Origin: a virus
Lineage: Duplodnaviria > Caudoviricetes
Strand: one strand, 5' to 3'
DNA length: 53,938 bases
IMG/VR virus record: IMGVR_UViG_3300009514_000034
Span: 1 to 53,938 of that record
Made by a program: the position numbers and the translations under genes. The notes below the pieces were generated by a model. The model did no database searches. It had not been told where the DNA came from and worked only from the letters and a program-made list of their open reading frames with translations. Position 1 is the stretch's first letter. The number at the start of each line of letters is the position of its first letter. Positions 46,910 through 53,938 of this stretch are shown here, piece by piece.

Positions 46910-47095
46910 ATGAATTGGCAGGAAGCGTGTTCAAGAAGTAAATTAAGCAAGGCAATAAGAAAAAATCAATGGTATACGTACATAAGAAATATTGATGGCA
47001 GTGCGTTAGCCATAAACCCAGATACAAATACCAAAATTGAGATAAATGAAGAAAAAATACAAGGATACTTAGACTGGGACCCATACAATGGCTAA
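46910..47095 (+). CDS. Hypothetical protein
   Basis: 61-aa ORF; TATAAACT at 46878-46885. Confidence 0.6.
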   Translation: MNWQEACSRSKLSKAIRKNQWYTYIRNIDGSALAINPDTNTKIEINEEKIQGYLDWDPYNG

Positions 47096-47687
47096 AGAAA
47101 TATTTAGAAGGGATAAAGATCAGGTTAATAAAATCAGACAGTCCATTCAGGATGTAAAAGACAGCGCATCCGAGAAATTACCTACCTTGACAGATGTTGG
47201 GAAGGCCGGGGGTTCCATAAAAGGAGTAACCAGTAAATCTCTTTACTTCAAACGATGGGTTAATATGCAACAGCAAATCAACCCCCTGATAGGAAAGCAT
47301 ATTACAGCAGCACCTGAATACTCAACGGAATCAGTTATCGTAGATCAGAAGGTTACTGATTTGTCAGATGATATGAAGGAAAATTTAAATAAAGGCACTG
47401 AATCTTATAACCCGGAAGCTGATGACACCAAGGTCGAAGATCTGGGGACTGCGCCAAAAGTGGATCATCAAAAAGATAAAAAATTTATAGACATCAGTAT
47501 TATAGAGAACACAACCCGGAGAATGGTTTCTCATAAAAATCAAGAAATAGAAGATAGTTGTAAACACCAAATGAGGTCATATCATGATGATCCTAACTAT
47601 GAAACTGAGATGCCCGTCAACCAGATCATAGAAGAATACAGAAGCAATCTTATCGCTGCCGAGAAAGATAAGAAACGGTTGCAATAA
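47088..47687 (+). CDS. Hypothetical protein
   Basis: 199-aa ORF overlapping the previous gene. Confidence 0.65.
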   Translation: MAKEIFRRDKDQVNKIRQSIQDVKDSASEKLPTLTDVGKAGGSIKGVTSKSLYFKRWVNMQQQINPLIGKHITAAPEYSTESVIVDQKVTDLSDDMKENLNKGTESYNPEADDTKVEDLGTAPKVDHQKDKKFIDISIIENTTRRMVSHKNQEIEDSCKHQMRSYHDDPNYETEMPVNQIIEEYRSNLIAAEKDKKRLQ

Positions 47688-47812
47688 TTTTTAATTGAAA
47701 AAAAGTTAAAATAAATTACCCTTTTCCATTATAAATGATTTATATTTTACTATGATCTTTTAGAAGGTCATGATAGTTCAACTAATATTGTTATAGACAA
47801 AAGGAGGAAAAT

Positions 47813-48931
47813 ATGTCAGAAGATTGGGAGAAAGAACTAAATTTGGATACTGATGGTATTCAAGAAGCAAGGGAAGCCAACAAAGAACAGGAATCCCAGC
47901 AAAAAACTAAACAAGACGAGAGATTTTGGAAACCTCGCATCCCCAAAGGTAAATCAGAATACGAAGCGGTAGTAAGAATATTACCACCTTCTGTTCAGTG
48001 GCTGGAAAACAGACACCTGCCGTGGTCTGTACAGGTACAGACTCATTACGTTAAAGACGAAAAAAATCCCAAAATTGGGTTTACTGTTAAATGCAGGAAA
48101 ATGTTAGGGCCGGATGAACAGTGTCCTATTTGCGATTATAACTGGGCTGTATGGAGAGAAGCTAAGGAACGCAATGATAAGCTCACCCAAAAACAAATGG
48201 TAAGACGTTCAAATAAAGTTTCCCATGTTGGAAATATTTTGATTGTCGATGATGTAACAATGCCAAAGTTTAACGGCGAAGTAAAATTATGGGATCATAC
48301 AGACAGAATGAATAGCTGGCTGAATGCACCCATGAGACCTCCCAAGAAAGAGGAAGTAAAGGAAGAAGATGCCAAAAACAAATACAGGAAAGCAAAAAAG
48401 GTAGAAGAGTTCAATGCTCTACATCCTACCAAGGGGAGAAACTTTTTGGTATTTGTTGACAATTCTGAAAAGAAAGGTGATGACGGACAGGCAATAGTCA
48501 GTTACGATGATTCTGAATATCTCAGCGAAACTGATCCGATTGCAAAATCAAAAGAAGAACTGATTTCTTTATTGGATCGTTGTTACCCTCTTGATGAATT
48601 TGTTAAGGATGTTCCTTCTGCGAAACAACTGGAATTAACATATCAGGAGTTTCGTGATAAGGTAAGAGATGCTGGCGGAGAAGTTCCCACAGGAGACAGC
48701 ATTCAGCAGTCAGTTCCCAATCTGGAAAATCTTTCGCCCGGAGTAGATAAGTCAAACATTGATCAGGGCGATGTAAGTGACTTAATTGACACTCCAGCAC
48801 CCGAAGCAGAGAAAGATGCTCCAGAAGAGCCTAAAGCTGAAACTAAGCAGGAGAGCGCACAGGAGAGCGCACAGGAACCAGTTACAGCAACGGGAGATTC
48901 ATCGTCACAGGAAGACGATCTTCCGTTCTAA
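47813..48931 (+). CDS. gp32: Single-stranded DNA-binding protein (T4 gp32-like)
   Basis: DERFWKP, AVVRILP, CPICDYN, NILIVDD, SYDDSEY and an acidic DDLPF C-terminus; AGGAGG RBS. Confidence 0.9.
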   Translation: MSEDWEKELNLDTDGIQEAREANKEQESQQKTKQDERFWKPRIPKGKSEYEAVVRILPPSVQWLENRHLPWSVQVQTHYVKDEKNPKIGFTVKCRKMLGPDEQCPICDYNWAVWREAKERNDKLTQKQMVRRSNKVSHVGNILIVDDVTMPKFNGEVKLWDHTDRMNSWLNAPMRPPKKEEVKEEDAKNKYRKAKKVEEFNALHPTKGRNFLVFVDNSEKKGDDGQAIVSYDDSEYLSETDPIAKSKEELISLLDRCYPLDEFVKDVPSAKQLELTYQEFRDKVRDAGGEVPTGDSIQQSVPNLENLSPGVDKSNIDQGDVSDLIDTPAPEAEKDAPEEPKAETKQESAQESAQEPVTATGDSSSQEDDLPF

Positions 48932-48956
48932 TATCTCTTATAAACTAATTATAATT

Positions 48957-48981
48957 AAAGGGAGTTTTACTCCCTTTTTTT
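48957..48981 (+). terminator. Intrinsic terminator after the SSB gene
   Basis: AAAGGGAGT-TTT-ACTCCCTTT followed by a T run. Confidence 0.8.
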
Positions 48982-49296
48982 ATGATTATGAAAAATGTCG
49001 AATTAAATCAGAAATTACTGATAGTAAAAGTAAAACTAAAGGTAATTTCGGATAAATTAAAAAAGTATACCGATCTTCATTATGAGTTTTTAGAAACAGA
49101 AGCAGTTGGGAAAATTCGCAGGTATGGAAAAAAATATTACAGAGATAATTATCTGAAAAATGAAGATAAAATCATCAGCGATTACATGAAAAGTTTTTTA
49201 TATTTAAAAAATATGGAATCAAATTTATTGAGTCTCAATACCCATTTTTTAAAAGATAAAGAAAACATAGAATCCCAGATGAAACAAGATGAGTGA
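48982..49296 (+). CDS. Hypothetical protein
   Basis: 104-aa ORF overlapping the primase start. Confidence 0.55.
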   Translation: MIMKNVELNQKLLIVKVKLKVISDKLKKYTDLHYEFLETEAVGKIRRYGKKYYRDNYLKNEDKIISDYMKSFLYLKNMESNLLSLNTHFLKDKENIESQMKQDE

Positions 49297-50476
49297 CTTT
49301 GATATAGATAGAATCCCTGAGTACATGTTTCACGAAGCTGTACACGAGACTCTGGGAGGATCTAAGCTTGCTAAAGTTAGAGAGGGATATAATTTCAGGT
49401 GTCCTATCTGCGGTGATTCCAAAAAAAGTCCCCATAAGAAAAAGGCTTATGTTTACACTGATAAATGGGTATTTGCCTGTTGGCGCAAATGTGGTACAAT
49501 GAGCTTCGTATCCTTTTTAAAAAAATATCATTCAGAAATTTATAAAAAATTAATATTCCACGGTTTTTCCCATGAACAGAAAAAGAAAGAAGTAAAGGAA
49601 GAAAAAGATACATCCGGGAGTAAGATATACAAATTCAAGAAAGGAGAGTTGCTCACCCTCTACGATGATAACCCCACGTCTAAAAAAGCACTGGCCTATT
49701 GTAAGAAAAGACAAATCAACGAAAAATTTTATTCCAAATGGTTCGTTTGTATAAAAGATGAAAAGTTTTTTGATAGGGACGAAAAGGGAAACATCAAGCG
49801 AGATCCCGAAAAAGGATATCCATTGGGAAATGAATATGGGAACAGATTAATCATTCCTTATTATAGGCTGGGTGGAAAATGGAACCAGTTTGATGCAAGG
49901 GCATTGGGAGATGCTTTTCCAAAATATAAAAACCTTCAAGCCATTGATAGGGAAATGTATAACATAGATTTTCTGGACCCTACGAAACCTTTCTTCTTAT
50001 TTGAAGGTTCTATTAATTCCACGTTTTTAAAAAATTCAGCTTCTTTTGGCGGAACTAAACATCTAAAACAATTTTTAGAATTACACCCAGAATTATTACA
50101 GTACTGTCATAACGGTGTATTGATGTGGGACAATGATAACGCCGGATACGATGAATTGGAAAATAATATGAAACTGGGATTTAACTGGTTTAACTGGAGC
50201 ACCATAAAACCGCTGGAAGAATTTAAATATGACGAGGACGGTGGACTCAGAGTAATCGGTGATACCAATGATATGAAAATGTACGGTTATACGGAATTGG
50301 ATGATGACGAATACATAAGTTATGATTTTATCAAGCAATTTATTGAAAAATCTGAAGGCGGTCTCGTTAAGACACATATGTTATATGGGGATAGAAGGAA
50401 ACAGAAAATTAAGGGATTCAAAGACGCATTACAAAGAAAAGACCCTGTACGGAAAAAGACATATTTGTCCAGATAA
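49289..50476 (+). CDS. gp61: DNA primase (T4 gp61-like)
   Basis: NFRCPICGDS zinc finger, RLIIPY, FDARAL, FEGSINS and WDNDNAG (TOPRIM). Confidence 0.9.
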   Translation: MSDFDIDRIPEYMFHEAVHETLGGSKLAKVREGYNFRCPICGDSKKSPHKKKAYVYTDKWVFACWRKCGTMSFVSFLKKYHSEIYKKLIFHGFSHEQKKKEVKEEKDTSGSKIYKFKKGELLTLYDDNPTSKKALAYCKKRQINEKFYSKWFVCIKDEKFFDRDEKGNIKRDPEKGYPLGNEYGNRLIIPYYRLGGKWNQFDARALGDAFPKYKNLQAIDREMYNIDFLDPTKPFFLFEGSINSTFLKNSASFGGTKHLKQFLELHPELLQYCHNGVLMWDNDNAGYDELENNMKLGFNWFNWSTIKPLEEFKYDEDGGLRVIGDTNDMKMYGYTELDDDEYISYDFIKQFIEKSEGGLVKTHMLYGDRRKQKIKGFKDALQRKDPVRKKTYLSR

Positions 50477-50531
50477 TCGTTAATTTTCGGAATAATTAAA
50501 ACATATATTTTTCTATAAACCGGAAAATAAT

Positions 50532-51572
50532 ATGGAAGATAAAAATCACAACTTAGATGCATTTGGCGAGATGCGTTCAGAAAAGCAGAGTATTCTAGAT
50601 AATAAGGGTACAACCAATGATATATTTTCAGATGATGGTTTTCTCGGCAATGCTATAGATGATGCGAAGAAGGCAGCAGAAACCGAAGAAAAACAGAAGG
50701 CAATGGCCCTTAAGAAAAAGGTTTCTAAAAACAGAAAAGCAGAAAATAAAATTAAAGCAGAGATGGGAATACGAAGGGGTAAACAAAGCAAGTATCCAAC
50801 TCGTTCTCACAAGTTTTTAGGAGACCCAATCAGTGACAGGGCTATTCATGTTGTTTTAAATAGCAAGCAGACAGAAATATATAAAGACGGTGCTGATATA
50901 TGCCCAAGAATTTTAATGGCAATTCCTGCATTCGGAAATAAAAGTACCAAAAGTGCCTTTGAACATTTACATACCATGCAGGAAAAAATTATTTCTGCAA
51001 GGGGAGAGAACCCGTCAGATGCACCTAAGTGGATTATTTTAAGTAATGATACTTCCATGATTATGGACAGAAATTTATTAGTACGATTAGAGGAACTGAA
51101 ATCAAATACTCATATTGTAGGTTCATATGGTTTTGAAAGAATCAGGGCTTCAGGTAAATGGTATCAGTTGGACCATCCCGAAGAACAGAAGATGTTAAGG
51201 GGATGTTATATACAATACAACATGGAAAATACCAACTGGGATTATATCATTGGTAACGGTTTTAAAAATTCAGATAAGTACAGGGTATTAATAGTTCATG
51301 GACCCTTTGTGGCTATTCGTGGAGAGACGTTCATGTCAATTGATTTTACAGACATGGTGGATAATTATAAATCTGGATTTTTTCATTACATGGCTGAATT
51401 GTCTATGGAATGTTATAAGAAAGGATTAATAGCAGGCCAGATAAAAACGGTAGCTGCCCAGTATGAAAATATTAACTGGATGAAAGAAGATCCCGTATTT
51501 CAGGAAGATCAGTCATATTTTGCTTCTAAATGGCAAGCAGAGCTTCCGGCCCATTTCACTGGGAAGCAATAA
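50532..51572 (+). CDS. Late protein with a divergent GT-A-like C-terminal domain
   Basis: WIILSND...IVGSYG...IVHGPFVAIR...FFHYMAELS resembles GT2-like domains; TATAAACC at 50514-50521. Confidence 0.5.
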   Translation: MEDKNHNLDAFGEMRSEKQSILDNKGTTNDIFSDDGFLGNAIDDAKKAAETEEKQKAMALKKKVSKNRKAENKIKAEMGIRRGKQSKYPTRSHKFLGDPISDRAIHVVLNSKQTEIYKDGADICPRILMAIPAFGNKSTKSAFEHLHTMQEKIISARGENPSDAPKWIILSNDTSMIMDRNLLVRLEELKSNTHIVGSYGFERIRASGKWYQLDHPEEQKMLRGCYIQYNMENTNWDYIIGNGFKNSDKYRVLIVHGPFVAIRGETFMSIDFTDMVDNYKSGFFHYMAELSMECYKKGLIAGQIKTVAAQYENINWMKEDPVFQEDQSYFASKWQAELPAHFTGKQ

Positions 51573-51612
51573 AATTATTAAAATTTTATAAACTTCTTAT
51601 AAAAGGACTAGC

Positions 51613-52065
51613 ATGAATTTATCTGGATTTGAAAATACAAAAAATCTTGCCGATGAAATACAGGCAAAAACGGAAGGCGAAGTTGTAACCAATACAACGG
51701 GAACCAATAACGTAAACGAACCTGTAGAAGGTAACCTTGAAATGTACAATAAAGGTGTGGATTTCACAACTTATGGACATAATCATGTTATCACAGAAGG
51801 AATATTTTCAAAGAAACCAAAATCTGGCACATACAGAGAACCTATGGGAGATGATCCTATTGAAGACCACCCCATGATTGATGTTAGCGATACTTTTAAA
51901 GGTGTGGATACTGGCCCCGGAAAGCCAATGAACTCCCCTGAAAAAAAACTCACCAGATCAGATATAGAACGCAGAAACCCAAAAGATCGCCGTAAATCCC
52001 AAGAACCTGTGGAAAAAGAGCACAGAGCATTTGAACGCCGTTCAGGTATTGAAGATCGTAAATAA
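51613..52065 (+). CDS. Hypothetical late protein
   Basis: 150-aa ORF; TATAAACT at 51587-51594 and an AAGGA RBS; C-terminal ERR/DRR repeats. Confidence 0.65.
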   Translation: MNLSGFENTKNLADEIQAKTEGEVVTNTTGTNNVNEPVEGNLEMYNKGVDFTTYGHNHVITEGIFSKKPKSGTYREPMGDDPIEDHPMIDVSDTFKGVDTGPGKPMNSPEKKLTRSDIERRNPKDRRKSQEPVEKEHRAFERRSGIEDRK

Positions 52066-52124
52066 AAACATACCCTTATTTCATAATAATATTTTATATT
52101 TATTTGAATTGAATAAATATTGTT

Positions 52125-52994
52125 ATGAGTCATCCCATCAATTTTTCGCCACAATACTTAGATGTAATGTCTCGGTTACTGAAGATTTATAATGATCTCC
52201 CCGATAACCGAAGACATGCACTTATTTTCAAAAAGGATGATTATATATATGTTTCGGCTATGAGCCTGAATACCTTGGTCACCATCAAAGCAACCCCAGC
52301 CCATGTGGAATTTGATGATAATGAAATGGGGATAATTAGTTTAACCCAATTTATTAAATATATAGAATCTATAGATTATCCAAAAGATACCAGCGCAAAA
52401 ATTTCAAAGGTTACGGAAAAATCTACTAAAGGAAAAGACATACATTCTTTTCTGTTTACTGGTAAAAGAGGGTCTTACAGGATGCCTATTGCGCATCCGG
52501 CAGAATTTGATAAGCAGAAGGACAGGAAAATTCCCAATGACAGTAATAAAGATCCATTAAAACTGGTCGCTAAATTCTCCATAGATGCAGATGATGCAAA
52601 ATTGTTGGTTAAAGATATTACTTTGATGAATAAGTCCAGTAATTTTATTTTATCTGTAGTAGATTCAACGCTTTCAATTTACATAAAAGGTCTGGAGCAA
52701 CAACAATTCACGAAAACCTTCGATGGTATGAAAGCCCAGATATATGACGATTATACCACAGAAAAGAACGGAATCAATAAGATGAAGTTATTTTCATCCA
52801 GAATTATAGACTATATGTCATATTTAGGCTGTGATTTTGAAATAGAATCTAGGGTTACCCCTGACGGAAGTCTGATGGCATTGAAATGTAGGGGTAAAAT
52901 TGATGGGGACGGTATGGATGATATCGATGTATTCATAGGAACCCAAGAGAATTCCGCAGATGTTACCAGTGGCAATCTGGAACTCGTTCAATAA
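52125..52994 (+). CDS. gp45: Probable sliding clamp (T4 gp45-like)
   Basis: 289 aa; FSPQYLDVM at the N-terminus and EFDDNEMGIISLTQFI (cf. gp45 F.IYDL..FL); replication context. Confidence 0.6.
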   Translation: MSHPINFSPQYLDVMSRLLKIYNDLPDNRRHALIFKKDDYIYVSAMSLNTLVTIKATPAHVEFDDNEMGIISLTQFIKYIESIDYPKDTSAKISKVTEKSTKGKDIHSFLFTGKRGSYRMPIAHPAEFDKQKDRKIPNDSNKDPLKLVAKFSIDADDAKLLVKDITLMNKSSNFILSVVDSTLSIYIKGLEQQQFTKTFDGMKAQIYDDYTTEKNGINKMKLFSSRIIDYMSYLGCDFEIESRVTPDGSLMALKCRGKIDGDGMDDIDVFIGTQENSADVTSGNLELVQ

Positions 52995-53060
52995 ATAATA
53001 ATTTCCTCATATATTTATAAACTATTACAAAAATAGTTATTTATATACCACAGGTGAAAA

Positions 53061-53938
53061 ATGGAAAAATCTAAGATTTTAGAAGCTTTGAATAAGTACA
53101 AGGATAAAAGCTCCAACAAGAAAATATTTCGCAAGGATGCTGTACTTGAAGGATTACAAAACTTCAAAGCCCCTGAAAAAGAAACTACCGCTCAAGAAAT
53201 TCTTAAAATGGTTGAAAAATCCGGCGAATTTACGAAAGTAGAATCAGAATGGAAACCACGAGTAACCGATATAAAAGAATTGTCCCGCAGGGTATTAACT
53301 GAAGCCGAACTTGAAAATACCAAACCCAATGCATTTAGAATGAATTTAATGCCTATAGTGCTTGATGTTAGTCATGGCAAATTTCAGGCCACACGTAATG
53401 GAAAAACGGCTGTATTTGAAATGTTGTATCCAAACGCCAATGGTAAAATTACTTTAAAGATCCAGATAGATGGTGCTGATGATAAAATTATTGAAATAGG
53501 ACTGGAAGATCCAGAATACTTGGAAAATTTTGGTGCATATATAATTAAACTCATAGACGAGTCTATAGCACAGTCTGAGGAAGGCCAGCAAGAGGAAATG
53601 GACGATTATCTCTACGCAGGCGGGGATTATTCCACCGGATCAAATACACCCGCATCTGGCCTTGGAAAGGGGTCTTTCCCTACCAATTGGCAGGCTATGG
53701 GTGAATCCGATATGAAAAAAATCAGGTCTTTAATGGAACAGGGATTTGACAAGGATGATGAAAAGGGAGACGATGCTGGTGATGACGATACAGCAGTTGC
53801 TGAACTTGGTGATGAAGGCGAAGAAGGAATTGAACAGTTCGGTGAAGATGAGTTTTCACTAGGAGCCGGAGACGTTGGCACTGAGGTAGGTTCATTTGGA
53901 TCTGACTTCGGGGGTGACTTCGGGGGCGACTTCGGGGG
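53061..53938 (+). CDS. Acidic late protein, truncated at the window end
   Basis: ORF MEKSKILEALNKYKD... stays open to the window end; TATAAACT at 53016-53023; ends in DFGG repeats. Confidence 0.7.
   Translation, partial: MEKSKILEALNKYKDKSSNKKIFRKDAVLEGLQNFKAPEKETTAQEILKMVEKSGEFTKVESEWKPRVTDIKELSRRVLTEAELENTKPNAFRMNLMPIVLDVSHGKFQATRNGKTAVFEMLYPNANGKITLKIQIDGADDKIIEIGLEDPEYLENFGAYIIKLIDESIAQSEEGQQEEMDDYLYAGGDYSTGSNTPASGLGKGSFPTNWQAMGESDMKKIRSLMEQGFDKDDEKGDDAGDDDTAVAELGDEGEEGIEQFGEDEFSLGAGDVGTEVGSFGSDFGGDFGGDFG
53904..53938 (+). repeat. 12-bp tandem repeat GACTTCGGGGG(N) encoding DFGG
   Basis: Three copies run to the window edge. Confidence 0.75.

Noticed and set aside
48848-48876. 12-bp tandem repeat (QESAQESAQE) in the SSB tail
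   Set aside because: An ordinary slippage repeat in a disordered linker.
1-53938. Alternative genetic code (stop-codon recoding) as in some jumbo phages
   Set aside because: Core genes are full length in the standard code, and TAA, TGA and TAG all end genes at sensible positions.
1-53938. tRNA or rRNA genes
   Set aside because: No cloverleaf or rRNA-like sequence was recognised in the short intergenic regions; tRNAscan-SE would be needed to exclude them.

Overview
This AT-rich window is a segment of a large T4-like (Tevenvirinae-related or jumbo) myophage genome read in the standard genetic code. It holds the head module (portal, prohead protease, scaffold, major capsid), two putative virion murein-hydrolase proteins and a stray gp25-like baseplate gene. 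It also holds dispersed replication, recombination and transcription genes (two gp55-like late sigmas, gp46, RNase H, RuvC-like, UvsW, UvsX, gp41, gp32, gp61, gp45). Accessory genes include a free-standing endonuclease, an IS1-like element, several glycosyltransferases, DnaJ and an Apyc1-like metallo-hydrolase. The most striking unexplained structure is a family of nine small genes at five loci on both strands. They share a ~35-aa N-terminal leader (MNKxxKFExFLESLKGxGQDxLIESxKxGFxxCFE) fused to unrelated cargo domains, and each locus lies behind a TATAAAC late-promoter motif. I interpret this as a modular capsid-targeting and injected-cargo system. One member sits as a passenger inside the IS, and two adjacent members share 71 identical bp. 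Two unannotated mini-ORFs each copy one conserved segment of the major capsid protein. All family assignments come from motif recognition by eye; no database search was run.
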